Source: Eledone cirrhosa (Eukaryota). From it: a stretch of DNA of 64,000 nt. Below, piece after piece: positions 50,455 through 63,427 of the stretch. The notes under the pieces are model-generated. The model was not told the origin of the DNA, made no database searches, and worked only from the letters and a program-made list of their open reading frames with translations. The number at the start of each line of letters is the position of its first letter. The stretch's first letter is position 1. A program made the position numbers and the translations under genes. The stretch covers positions 4,340,001 through 4,404,000 of the forward strand of contig OZ024759.1 of assembly GCA_964016885.1 (NCBI GenBank), read 5' to 3'.

Positions 50455-50790
50455 GCACATAGCTTAGTAGTTAGAGCATTGGCCTTGCAATCGAAAGGTT
50501 GTGAGTTCAATTCTCAGACCGGGTGATGTGTTGTTTCCTTGAGCAGGACACTTTATTTCACATTGCTCCAGTTTACTCAGTTGTAGAAATGTGATGATAG
50601 GGACTGGAGTCCATTACATTCCACTGCAAAGTGGTCCTGGAGGTGCCACGGCAAAAAACACCCAATATTCACTGTAAATGAGGTTGGTGTTAGGAGGGGC
50701 ATCCAGCTGTAGAAATCAAGCCAGAATCAGTTTCCGTCCCACCCTTGTAAGCAGGGAAAAGCAGACGTAAAATGATGATGATGATGATTG
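50455..50790 (+). mobile_element. Composite SINE with RTE-derived tail
   Basis: Reverse-complement match to 27735-28072. Confidence 0.82.
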
Positions 50791-50814
50791 TAACTCCAAA
50801 ACAGTTTAAATCTA

Positions 50815-50925
50815 CCTGTCTCACAGGTGTTACCTTCATAACCAGCACTACACCCTCCACTAAAACACACACCTGTCTCTGTGTTACACCTAGCTGTGTG
50901 TTACACCTATTGTCATCTTGACTCA
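50815..50925 (-). pseudogene. Partial (3'-half) copy of an EGF exon
   Basis: gatgacaataggtgtaac...acaggtgtgtgttttagtggagggtgtagtgctggttatgaaggtaacacctgtgagacag|gt, with a short internal duplication. A sister half-exon lies at ~47240-47325. Confidence 0.75.
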
Positions 50926-50965
50926 ATATATCATGTTAGAAACAAAGCTATACTACACCACTTAC

Positions 50966-51103
50966 CTGTCTGACAGTTGCTACCTTCAGAACCAGCAGTA
51001 CATCCTCCACTAGAACACACACCTGTCTGTTTGTTACACCTGTTATTATCAGCACAGTGGCATGTGTGTTTACAGTTAGCTCCAAATTTACCAATGTCAC
51101 AGG
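50966..51103 (-). CDS. EGF-like repeat exon 2 of 10
   Basis: ttacag|...|gtaagt; ACDIGKFGANCKHTCHCADNNRCNKQTGVCSSGGCTAGSEGSNCQT. Confidence 0.92.
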
Positions 51104-51382
51104 CTGTAATATGAAATGTAATGTAAACAGTTTGAACAATTTCAAGATATAATATTTACAATTATTAACCTTTTTGATATCAAAATACCTGACACCGATT
51201 AACTGTTTTACTCTATATATTTATCTAAAAACTTCCCACTATAGTGTTATGTAAGAACTTTTGTTAGGTTATGTTCCATCCAAAATATTAGTGATGAAAA
51301 TCTCAGTTATATAACTATAGCCCTTCAAATTCTTCATTATATAAAAATTTGTTTAAAATCGTATGCAATATATTTCTTTAGT

Positions 51383-54300
51383 AATATGGTAATGAAAGGA
51401 TTAATGACATAGACAGTGTCTTTAAGTAGAAATATGGTAATGAAATGGTTAATGATATAGACAGTGTCTTTAAGTAGAGATATGGTAATGAAGGGATTAA
51501 TGACATAGACAGTGTCTTTAAGTAGAGATATGTAATGAAAGGTTTAATGACATAGACAGTGTCTTTAAGTAGAAATATGGTAATGAAAGGGTTAATGATA
51601 TAGACAGTGTCTTTAAGTAGAAATATGTAACGAAAGGATTAATGACATAGACAGTGTCTTTAAGTAGAGATATGTAATGAAAGGGTTAATGACATAGACA
51701 GTGTCTTTAAGTAGAGATATGGTAATGAAAGGGTTAATGACATAGACAGTGTCTTTAAGTAGAAATATGGTAATGAAAGGGTTAATGATATAGGTAGTGT
51801 CTTTAAGTAGAAATATGGTAATGAAAGGTTTAATGACATAGACGGTGTATTTAAGTAGAGATATGTAATGAAAGGTTTAATGACATAGACAGTGTCTTTA
51901 AGTAGAGATATGTAATGAAAGGATTAATGACATAGACGGTGTCTTTAAGTAGAGATATGTAATGAAAGGGTTAATGACATAGACAGTGTCTTTAAGTAGA
52001 AATATGTAATGAAAGGATTAATGACATAGACGGTGTCTTTAAGTAGAGATATGTAATGAAAGGGTTAATGACATAGACAGTGTCTTTAAGTAGAAATATG
52101 GTAATGAAAGGGTTAATGACATAGACAGTGTCTTTAAGTAGAGATATGTAATGAAAGGGTTAATGACATAGACAGTGTCTTTAAGTAGAAATATGGCAAT
52201 GAAAGGGTTAATGACATAGACAGTGTCTTTAAGTAGAGATATGTAATGAAAGGGTTAATGACATAGACAGTGTCTTTAAGTAGAAATATGGTAATGAAAG
52301 GGTTAATGACATAGACAGTGTCTTTAAGTAGAGATATGTAATGAAAGGTTTAATGACATAGACAGTGTCTTTAAGTAGAGATATGTAATGAAAGTTTTAA
52401 TGACATGTCTTTAAGTAGAAATATGGTAATGAAAGAGTTAATGACATAGACAGTGTCTTTCATTAGAAATATGGTAATGAAAGGGTTAATGATATAGACA
52501 GTGTCTTTCATTAGAAATATGGTAATGAAAGGGTTAATGATATAGACAGTGTCTTTCATTAGAAATATGGTAATGAAGGGGTTAATGACATAGACTGTGT
52601 CTTTCATTAGAAATATGGTAATTAAAGGGTTAATGACATAGACAGTGTCTTTCATTAGAAATATGGTAATGAAAGGGTTAATCACATAGACGGTGTCTTT
52701 AAGTAGAGATATGTAATGAAAGGGTTAATGATATAGACAGTGTCTTTAAGTAGAGATATGTAATGAAAGGGTTAATGATATAGACAGTGTCTTTAAGTAG
52801 AGATATGGTAATGAAAGGGTTAATGACATAGACAGTGTCTTTAAGTAGAGATATGTAATGAAAGGATTAATGACATAGACGGTGTCTTTAAGTAGAGATA
52901 TGTAATGAAAGGGTTAATGATATAGACAGTGTCTTTAAGTAGAGATATGGTAATGAAAGGGTTAATGACATAGACAGTGTCTTTAAGTAGAGATATGTAA
53001 TGAAAGGGTTAATGACATAGACAGTGTCTTTAAGTAGAAATATGGTAATGAAAGGGTTAATGACATAGACAGTGTCTTTAAGTAGAGATATGTAATGAAA
53101 GGGTTAATGATATAGACAGTGTCTTTAAGTAGAAATATGGTAATGAAAGGGTTAATGACATAGACAGTGTCTTTAAGTAGAGATATGTAATGAAAGTTTT
53201 AATGACATGTCTTTAAGTAGAAATATGGTAATGAAAGAGTTAATGACATAGACAGTGTCTTTCATTAGAAATATGGTAATGAAAGGGTTAATGATATAGA
53301 CAGTGTCTTTCATTAGAAATATGGTAATGAAAGGGGTAATGACATAGACAGTGTCTTTAAGTAGAAATATGGTAATGAAAGGATTAATGACATAGACAGT
53401 GTCTTTCATTAGAAATATGGTAATGAAAGATTATATGATATAGACAGTGTCTTTAAGTAGAGATATGGTAATGAAAGGATTAATGACATAGACAGTGTCT
53501 TTAAGTAGAAACTTGGTAATGAAAAGTTTAATGACATAGAGTCTATGTCATTAAGCCTTAATCCAAATATTCAATTACTTTCAATCAAGAAACAAATGCA
53601 AATATCCGACTAACTTGAATTTTCCCTCGGATTTTAAAATTATTTTACGTATTTTTTCTATATTAGTTTTTTGAACTTAATATTATTATTTTTCTATTGT
53701 ATTTCTTTATAATTATGTGAAGGCAAAAATATTTTATATTGTAACTTTTTATGTTAAATAATAAATGACTATAAAACTATACAAATTTTATATACTATAT
53801 ATTATAATAATTTCACAAAAGTCGCATTTATAGGTATATCAACTTATGCGGCCTCCTTTATTACTGCCTAATTTAAATGTGGCCTCTAATGGTAAAAAGG
53901 TTCCTCTCCTCTGACATAGACAGTGTCTTTCATTAGAAATATGGTAATGAAAGGGTTAATGACATAGACAGTGTCTTTAAGTAGAGATATGTAATGAAAG
54001 GGTTAATGATATAGACAGTGTCTTTAAGTAGAAATATGGTAATGAAAGGGTTAATGACATAGACAGTGTCTTTAAGTAGAGATATGTAATGAAAGTTTTA
54101 ATGACATGTCTTTAAGTAGAAATATGGTAATGAAAGAGTTAATGACATAGACAGTGTCTTTCATTAGAAATATGGTAATGAAAGGGTTAATGATATAGAC
54201 AGTGTCTTTCATTAGAAATATGGTAATGAAAGGGGTAATGACATACACAGTGTCTTTAAGTAGAAATATGGTAATGAAAGGATTAATGACATAGACAGTG

Positions 54301-54955
54301 TCTTTCATTAGAAATATGGTAATGAAAGATTAAATGATATAGACAGTGTCTTTAAGTAGAGATATGGTAATGAAAGGATTAATGACATAGACAGTGTCTT
54401 TAAGTAGAAACTTGGTAATGAAAAGTTTAATGACATAGAGTCTATGTCATTAAACCTTAATCCAAATATTCAATTACTTTCAAGCAAGAAACAAATGCAA
54501 ATATCCGACTAACTTGAATTTTCCCTCGGATTTTAAAATTATTTTACGTATTTTTTCTATATTAGTTTTTTGAACTTAATATTATTATTTTTCTATTGTA
54601 TTTCTTTATAATTATGTGAAGGCAAAAATATTTTATATTGTAACTTTTTATGTTAAATAATAAATGACTATAAAACTATACAAATTTTATATACTATATA
54701 TTATAATAATTTCACAAAAGTCGCATTTATAGGTATATCAACTTATGCGGCCTCCTTTATTACTGCCTAATTTAAATGTGGCCTCTAAAGGTAAAAAGGT
54801 TCCTCTCCTCTGACATAGACAGTGTCTTTCATTAGAAATATGGTAATGAAAGGGTTAATGACATAGACAGTGTCTTTCATTAGAAATATGGTAATGAAAG
54901 GGTTAATGACATAGACAGTGTCTTTTATTAGAAATGTGGTAATGAAAGGGTTAAT
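51383..54955. repeat. 47/48-bp minisatellite, interrupted twice by a duplicated ~370-bp insert
   Basis: Unit aatatggtaatgaaagggttaatgacatagacagtgtctttaagtaga. Inserts at ~53545-53913 and ~54444-54812 belong to an 899-bp tandem duplication. Confidence 0.93.
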
Positions 54956-54970
54956 TACTACACCATATAC

Positions 54971-55108
54971 CTGTCTGACAGTTGCTACCTTCATAACCAG
55001 CAGCACATCCTCCACTAGAACACACACCTGTCTGTTTGTTACATTTACTGTTGTCAGCACAGTGACATGTGTTGCCACAGTTGGCTCCAAATTTACCTGA
55101 TTTACAGA
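54971..55108 (-). CDS. EGF-like repeat exon 1 of 10 (most upstream found)
   Basis: ttccag|...|gtatat; xCKSGKFGANCGNTCHCADNSKCNKQTGVCSSGGCAAGYEGSNCQT. Confidence 0.9.
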
Positions 55109-55242
55109 CTGGAAATAAAATATGAGAACAATGACAATTATAACAACATTTACACTATACAAGATAATAAATATCACAATATTATATCATCTATATTATA
55201 GTGTTGTCATCTATACCAGAGGTCGGCATCCTTTTGGGGCGT

Positions 55243-58200
55243 GCGGGCCACATTGCTATGGAGTGTCACACAGGCAGGCCACATTTCTATGCAGTGTCTC
55301 ACTGGCAGGCCACATTGTTACGAAGTGTCTTGTCAGTTGCTCACATTGTTATACAGTGTCTTGTCAGCAGGCCACATAGCTATGGAGTGTCTTGTCAGCA
55401 GGCCACATAGCTATGGAGTGTCTTGTCAGCAGGCCACATAGCTATGGAGTGCCTTGTCAGCAGGCCACATAGCTGTACAGTGTCTTGTCAGCAGGCCACA
55501 TAGCTATGCAGTGTCTTGTCAGCATGCCACATTTCTATAGAGTGTCTTGTCAGCAGGCCACATAGCTATGGAGTGTCTTGTCAGCAGGCCACATTGTTAC
55601 GAAGTGTCTTGTCAGTTGCTCACATTGCAATACAGTGTCTTGTCAGCAGGCCACATAGCTATGGAGTGTCTCACCAGCAGGCCACATTGCTATACAGTGT
55701 CTTGTCAGCAGGCCACATAGCTATACAGTGTCTTGTCAGCAGGCCATATTGCTATGGAGTGTCTCACGAGCAGGCCACATAGCTATGGAGTGTCTTGTCA
55801 GCAGGCCACATTGCTATAGAGTGTCTTGTCAGCAGGCCACATAGCTATGGAGTGTCTCACCAGCAGGCCACATTGCTATGCAGTGTCTCACCAGCAGGCC
55901 ACATAGCTATGTAGTGTCTTGTCAGCAGGCCACATAGCTATGCAGTGTCTCACCAGCAGGCCACATTGCTATGCAGTGTCTCACCAGCAGGCCACATTGC
56001 TATGCAGTGTCTTGTCAGCAGGCCATATTGCTATGTAGTGTCTCACCAGCAGGCCACATAGCTATGTAGTGTCTCGTCAGCAGGCCACATAGCTATGGAG
56101 TGTCTTGTCGGCAGGCCACATAGCTATGCAGTGTCTCACCAGCAGGCCACATAGCTATGCAGTGTCTCACCAGCAGGCCACATAGCTATGGAGTGTCTCA
56201 CCAGCAGGCCACATAGCTATGGAGTGTCTCACCAGCAGGCCACATTGCTATGCAGTTTCTCACCAGCAGGCCACATTGCTATGTAGTGTCTCACCAGCAG
56301 GCCACATTGCTATGCAGTTTCTCACCAGCAGGCTACATAGCTATGTAGTGTCTCACCAGCAGGCCACATAGCTATGTAGTGTCTCACCAGCAGGCCACAT
56401 AGCTATGTAGTGTCTCACCAGCAGGCCACATAGCTATGTAGTGTCTCACCAGCAGGCCACATAGCTATGTAGTGTCTCGTCAGCAGGCCACATAGCTATG
56501 GAGTGTCTTGTCGGCAGGCCACATAGCTATGGAGTGTCTCACCAGCAGGCCACATAGCTATGTAGTGTCTCGTCAGCAGGCCACATAGCTATGGAGTGTC
56601 TTGTCAGCAGGCCACATTGCTATAGAGTGTCTTGTCAGCAGGCCACATAGCTATGGAGTGTCTCACCAGCAGGCCACATTGCTATGCAGTGTCTCACCAG
56701 CAGGCCACATAGCTATGCAGTGTCTCACCAGCAGGCCACATAGCTATGCAGTGTCTCACCAGCAGGCCACATTGCTATGCAGTGTCTTGTCAGCAGGCCA
56801 TATTGCTATGTAGTGTCTCACCAGCAGGCCACATAGCTATGTAGTGTCTCGTCAGCAGGCCACATAGCTATGGAGTGTCTTGTCGGCAGACCACATAGCT
56901 ATGCAGTGTCTCACTAGCAGGCCACATAGCTATGCAGTGTCTCACCAGCAGGCCACATTGCTATGTAGTGTCTCACCAGCAGGCCACATTGCTATGTAGT
57001 GTCTCACCAGCAGGCCACATTGCTATGTAGTGTCTTGTCAGCAGGCCACATAGCTATGTAGTGTCTCGTCAACAGGCCACATAGCTATGTAGTGTCTCAC
57101 CAGCAGGCCACATTGCTATGTAGTGTCTCACCAGCATGCCACATTGCTATGTAGTGTCTCACCAGCAGGCCACATTGCTATGTAGTGTCTTGTCAGCAGG
57201 CCACATAGCTATGTAGTGTCTCGTCAGCAGGCCACATAGCTATGGAGTGTCTTGTCGGCAGGCCACATAGCTATGGAGTGTCTCACCAGCAGGCCACATA
57301 GCTATGGAGTATCTCACCAGCAGGCCACATTGTTACGAAGTGTCTTGTCAGTTGCTCACATTGCAATACAGTGTCTTGTCAGCAGGCCACATAGCTATGG
57401 AGTGTCTTGTCAGCAGGCCACATAGCTATGGAGTGTCTCACCAGCAGGCCACATTGCTATACAGTGTCTTGTCAGCAGGCCACATAACTATGGAGTGTCT
57501 TGTCAGCAGGCCACATAGCTATGGAGTGTCTCACCAGCAGGCCACATTGCTATACAGTGTCTTGTCAGCAGGCCACATAGCTATACAGTGTCTTGTCAGC
57601 AGGCCATATTGCTATGGAGTGTCTCACCAGCAGGCCACATAGCTATGGAGTGTTTCACCAGCAGGCCACATAGCTATCGAGTGTTTCACCAGCGGGCCAC
57701 ATAGCTATCGAGTGTTTCACCAGCAGGCCACATAGCTATGCAGTGTCTTGTCAGCAGGCCACATACAGTGTCTTGTCAGCAGGCCATATTGCTATGCAGT
57801 GTCTTGTCAGCAGGCCACATTGCTATAGAGTGTCGTGTCAGCAGGCCACATAGCCATGGAGTGTCTCACCAGCAGGCCACATTGCTATGCAGTGTCTCAC
57901 CAGCATGCCACATAGCTATGTAGTGTCTTGTAAACAGGCCACATAGCTATGCAGTGTCTCACCAGCAGGCCACATAGCTATGCAGTGTCTCACCAGCAGG
58001 CCACATTGCTATGCAGTGTCTCACCAGCAGGCCACATTGCTATGTAGTGTCTCACCAGCAGGCCACATTGCTATGTAGTGTCTCACCAGCAGGCCACATT
58101 GCTATTTAGTGTCTTGTCAGCAGGCCATATTGCTATGCAGTTTCTCACCAGCAGGCCACATAGCTATGTAGTGTCTTGTCAGCAGGCCACATAGCTATGC

Positions 58201-58770
58201 AGTGTCTCACCAGCAGGCCACATTGCTATGCAGTGTCTCACCAGCAGGCCACATTGCTATGCAGTGTCTTGTCAGCAGGCCATATTGCTATGTAGTGTCT
58301 CACCAGCAGGCCACATAGCTATGTAGTGTCTCGTCAGCAGGCCACATAGCTATGGAGTGTCTTGTCGGCAGGCCACATAGCTATGCAGTGTCTCACCAGC
58401 AGGCCACATAGCTATGCAGTGTCTCACCAGCAGGCCACATAGCTATGGAGTGTCTCACCAGCAGGCCACATAGCTATGGAGTGTCTCACCAGCAGGCCAC
58501 ATTGCTATGCAGTTTCTCACCAGCAGGCCACATTGCTATGTAGTGTCTCACCAGCAGGCCACATTGCTATGCAGTTTCTCACCAGCAGGCTACATAGCTA
58601 TGTAGTGTCTCACCAGCAGGCCACATAGCTATGTAGTGTCTCACCAGCAGGCCACATAGCTATGTAGTGTCTCACCAGCAGGCCACATAGCTATGTAGTG
58701 TCTCGTCAGCAGGCCACATAGCTATGGAGTGTCTTGTCGGCAGGCCACATAGCTATGGAGTGTCTCACCA
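55243..58770. repeat. 31-bp minisatellite (>100 copies) starting inside a hAT-like MITE end at 55217
   Basis: Unit gcaggccacatagctatggagtgtcttgtca, preceded by cagaggtcggcatccttttggggcgtgcgggccacattg. Confidence 0.93.
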
Positions 58771-61700
58771 GAATATAGAAGTTAGATGGAATGAGATGTG
58801 AAATGTATGTGATATACAATGTATGAGTTGTGAAATGTATGGGATGTGAAATGTAGGAATATGAAATGTAATGGGTGTGCAATGTAGGGATGTGAAATGT
58901 AGGGATGGGGAATGTAGGAGATGTGAAATGTAGGGATGAGGAATGTAGGGATGAGGAATGTAGGAGATGTGAAATGTAAGGATGTGAAATGTAGGGATGA
59001 GGAATGTAGGAGATGTGAAATGTAGGAGATGTGAAATGTAGGAGATGTGAAATGTAGTAGATATGAAATGTAAGAGATGTGAAATGTAAGAGATGTGAGA
59101 TGTAAGAGATGTGAAATGTAAGGATGTGAAATGTAGGAGATGTGAAATGTAGGAGATGTGAAACGTAGTAGATGTGAAATGTAGTAGATGTGAAATGTAA
59201 GAGATGTGAAATGTAAGAGATGTGAAATGTAAGATATGTGAAATGTAAGAGATGTGAAATGTAAGAGATATGAAATGTAAGAGATGTGAAATGTAGGAGA
59301 TGTGAAATGTAGGAGATGTGAAATGAAAGGATGTGAAATGTAAGAGATGTGAAATGTAGGAGATGTGAAATGTAAGAGATGTGAAATGTAGGAGATGTGA
59401 AATGTAGGATATGTGAACTGTAAGGATGTGAAATGTAAGATATGTGAAATGTAAGAGATGTGAAATGTAGGAGATGTGAAATGTAGGAGATGTGAAATGT
59501 AGGAGATGTGAAATGTAGGAGATGTGAAATGTAGGAGATGGAAATGTAAGGATGTGAAATGTAAGAGATGTGAAATGTAGGTGATGTGAAATGTAGGAGA
59601 TGTGAAATGTAGGAGATGTGAAATGTAAGGATGTGAAATGTAAGAGATGTGAAATGTAGATGTGAAATGTAAGAGATGTGAAATGTAGGAGATGTGAAAT
59701 GTAGATGTGAAATGTAAGGGATGTGAAATGTAGGAGATGTGAAATGTAGGAGATGTGAAATGTAAGGATGTGAAAGGTAAGAGATGTGAAATGTAGGTGA
59801 TGTGAAATGTAGGATATGTGAAATGTAAAGGTATGGATTGTATAATGTGAAATATAGATGTGAATTGTGTGAGATGTGAAATGTAGAGAATGTACAAAAA
59901 TAACAGTAAACATCAATAACAACAACAGCAACCATCATCAACAACAATAGTGGTGGTGGTGGTGGTGGTGGTAATGGAGGTGGTGGTGGTAGTGGTGGTG
60001 CTGGTAGTGGAGGTGGTGGTGGTAGTGGTGGTGGTGGTCGATGTGGTGGTGGCGGTGGTGGCAGTGGTGGTGGTAGTGGTAGTGGTGGTGGTGGTGGTGG
60101 TAGTGGTGGTGGTGGTGGTGGTAGTGGTAGTGGTGGTAGTGGTGTGGTAGTGGTGGTGGTATTAGTGGTGGTGGTGGGGGTAGTGGTGGTAGTGGTGGTG
60201 GTGGTGGTGGTGGTAGTGGAGGTAGTGGTGGTGGTGGTGGTAGTGGTGGTGGTGGTAGTGGTGGTAGTGGTGGTGGTGGTGGTAGTGGTGGTGGTGGTGG
60301 TAGTTGAGGTGGTGGTGGTAGTGGTGGTGGTGGTAGTAGAGGTGGTGGTGGTGGAGGTGGTGGTAGTGGAGGTGGTGGTGGTGGTGGTGGTGGTGGTAGT
60401 GGTGGTGGCGGTAGTGGTGGTGGTGGTGGTAGTGGTAGTGGTGGTGGAGGTGGTGGTAGTGGTGGAGGTGGTGGTAGTGGTGGAGGTGGTGGTGGTGTTA
60501 GTGGTGGTAGTGGTGGTGGTGGTAGTGGTGGTAGTGGTGGTGGTGGTGGTGGTAGTGGTGGTGGTGATGGTGGTGGTAGTGATGGTGGTGGTAGTGGTTG
60601 TAGTAATGGCAGTGGTGGTAGTGGTGGTGGTAATGGCAGTCGTGGTAGTGGAGGTGATGGTGATGGTGGTGGTGGTAGTGGTGGTGGTGGTCGATGTGGT
60701 GGTGGTGGTGGTGGCGGTAGTGATGGTGGTGGTAGCGGTTGTAGTAATGGCAGTGGTGGTAGTGGAGGTGGTGGTGATGGTGGTGGTGGTGGTGGTGGTG
60801 GTGGTAGTGGTGGTGGTAGTGGTGGTGGTGGTGGTGGAGGTGGTGGTAGTGGAGGTGGTGGTGGTGGTGGTGGTGGTGGTAGTGGTGGTGGTGGTGGTAG
60901 TGGTGGTAGTGGTGGTGGTAGTGGTGGTGGTGGTGGTGGTAGTGGTGGTGGTGGTAGTGGTGGTAGTGATGGTAGTGGTGGTGGTAGTGGTGGTGGTGGT
61001 GGTGGTGGTGGTAGTGGTGGTGGTGTTGGTAGTGGAGGTGGTGGTGGTAGTGGTGGTGGTGGTAGTAGAGGTGGTGGTGGTGGAGGAGGTGGTAGTGGAG
61101 GTGGTGGTGGTGGTGGTTGAGGTGGTAGTGGTGGTAGTGGTAGTGGTAGTGGAGGTGGTGGTGGAGGTGGTGGTGGTGGTGGTGGTAGCGGTGGTGGTGG
61201 TAGTGGTGGAGGTGGTGGTGGCGGTAGTGGTGGTGGTGGTGGTAGTGGTGGTAGTGGTGGTGGTAGTGGTGGAGGTGGTGGTGGTGATGGAGGTGGTGGT
61301 GGTGTTAGTGGTGGTAGTGGTGGTGGTGGTAGTGGTGGTAGTGGTGGTGGTGGTGGTGGTGGTAGTGGTGGTGGTGGTGGTGGTGGTAGTGGTGGTGGTG
61401 GTAGTGGTAGTGGTGGTGGTGGTAGTGGTGGTGGTGATGGTGGTGGTAGTGATGGTGGTGGTAGTGGTTGTAGTAATGGCAGTGGTGGTAGTGGTGGTGG
61501 TAATGGCAGTGGTGGTAGTTGAGGTGATGGTGATGGTGGTGGTGGTAGTGGTGGTGGTGGTCGATGTGGTGGTGGTGGTGGTGGCGGTAGTGATGGTGGT
61601 GGTAGTGGTTGTAGTAATGGCAGTGGTGGTAGTGGAGGTGGTGGTGATGGTGGTGGTGGTGGTGGTAGTGGTGGTGGTAGTGGTGGTGGTGGTGGTGGTA

Positions 61701-61838
61701 GTGGTGGTGGTAGTACAGAGTATGGTGGTGGTGGTGGTGGTGGTTGGTGGTGGTTGTGGAGGTGGTGGGGTTGTGGTGGTGGTTGCAGTGGGAGTTGTGG
61801 TGGTTGATAGTGATGTTGGGTAGTGGTTGCGGTTGTGG
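58770..61838. repeat. Second copy of the intron segment 41512-43870 (16-bp satellite, spacer, (GGT)n)
   Basis: Shared unique landmarks agaatatagaagttagatggaatgag, gtacaaaaataacagtaaacatcaataac, gtacagagtatgg and gttgcagtgggagttgtgg. The GGT tract is longer here. Confidence 0.92.
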
Positions 61839-62625
61839 TAGGTATGTGTGTGCACGCGTTATATACGTATTTACGTGTGTATATTTATATACGTTTATAT
61901 AATTATATGTATACACGCACACACACACATATATATATATATTTTTTATATATATTTTTATGTGTATTTGGTGTATACGCTCGTATGTGTGCGGGTACAG
62001 GTGTTGTGTGGGTTCTGTATGTGCATGGGGTTTTTTGTTTTGTGTACCTGCTTGTATTTGCATACCCATGGCGGGTGTTTTTGCATATGCATGTGTATGT
62101 ACGTATTTGGATGCGTGCATGTATATATTTAATTTTTGTTGATTCCTCTAATTTATTTACATTATTCTTAACTCTGAAACCGAGAATCATTCGGTTTCCT
62201 AAATAAAATTTTAGTCTACGACTTCAGTTATACCATTTACGTGGTTTTTTCTTTGCGTGCAATTGTTCTCAGTGCTCCTCATAATGACGTATTATCTTCG
62301 TTTTTTCCGTTCATTGCCAGAGAACGTCTCCACGAACCACCTAATAGAATATTAGTCTACGACTTCATTTATACCATAAACATGGTTTTGTCTGTGCATG
62401 TAATTTTTCTCACCACTCCAAATAATGACGTATTATCTTCGTTTTTTCTGTTCTTTGCCAGGGAACGTTTCCATGAACCAAAGTATCGTCTTCCTGTCTT
62501 CTTTCAGTTGCAACGTTTTTCGAAATATTTACTTCTGCGTTCACAGATTGATTTTTTTAGTTTCAGAAGATCCTGTTAGGGGTGAAAGCAGCGATTCTTT
62601 GCTTAAACTTTAATCTGTTATTTTA

Positions 62626-62674
<49 letters not shown>

Positions 62675-62679
62675 AGTTG

Positions 62680-62788
62680 AAATAAAATGAAAACGAAATT
62701 TCATTTCTCACTCTTAGTACGGCACTTACTTAAATGTAAGTATGTGTGTATACGTACATACATATATGTATACAGACGTACAGTAGCA

Positions 62789-62854
<66 letters not shown>

Positions 62855-63101
62855 TATACATGCACGTATCAGTTTAGCGGACGCTTATTATAACGCCGCT
62901 TTGTTCATTTGTAAACAAACTGAACAGCCTGAATTTTATCCCGTATGGTGTTAAGGCAACCACGTCACCTTTTTGTTCAACACTGCCTTAACACCATACG
63001 GCATAAAATTCAGGCTGTTCAGTTTGTTTACAAATGAACAAAGCGGCGTTATAATAAGCGTCCGCTAAACTGATACGTGCATATATGTATGTGTACCTGT
63101 A

Positions 63102-63140
<39 letters not shown>

Positions 63141-63200
63141 GCATGCTACTGTACGTCGGTATACATATATGTATGTACGTATACACACATACTTACATAT
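62680..63200. repeat. Fold-back (inverted) copy of the Penelope-like pLTR family seen at 28500-29480
   Basis: ~62737-62958 is the inverse of ~62985-63197 with a ~26-bp spacer; the sequence matches 28895-29135. Confidence 0.8.
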
Positions 63201-63427
63201 ATATATATATATTTATATATATAATAGTATAACACTAGTTATATCCGTAGTAGTAGAACACTCAGTCCATCAGCTCGGTTTAAATGAGATTATACGAAAA
63301 GGGAAACATCATTATCATCATTGTCGTTTAACGTCTATCTTCCACGCGAGCATGGGTTTACAATTATAAACAATTATACAAGTACACATACACAGAAGAA
63401 GTTCTTTTCAAAGGGGAAGCAACTCAC

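Larger units (their letters stand above)
29649..55108 (-). other. Span of a partial multiple-EGF-like-domain gene (MEGF10/Draper/SCARF-like), ten identified exons
   Basis: Ten AG...GT-bounded 138-bp exons splice in frame into ~460 aa without stops. Start, signal peptide, TM and stop exons were not identified. Confidence 0.88.

Noticed and set aside
45447-58770. Regular 31-61-bp repeats as CRISPR arrays
   Set aside because: They are head-to-tail units without unique spacers, there are no cas genes, and the context is eukaryotic.
58706-61855. 1049-aa Thr-rich ORF
   Set aside because: Same simple repeats in the duplicated copy; the ORF ends come from unrelated flanking repeats.
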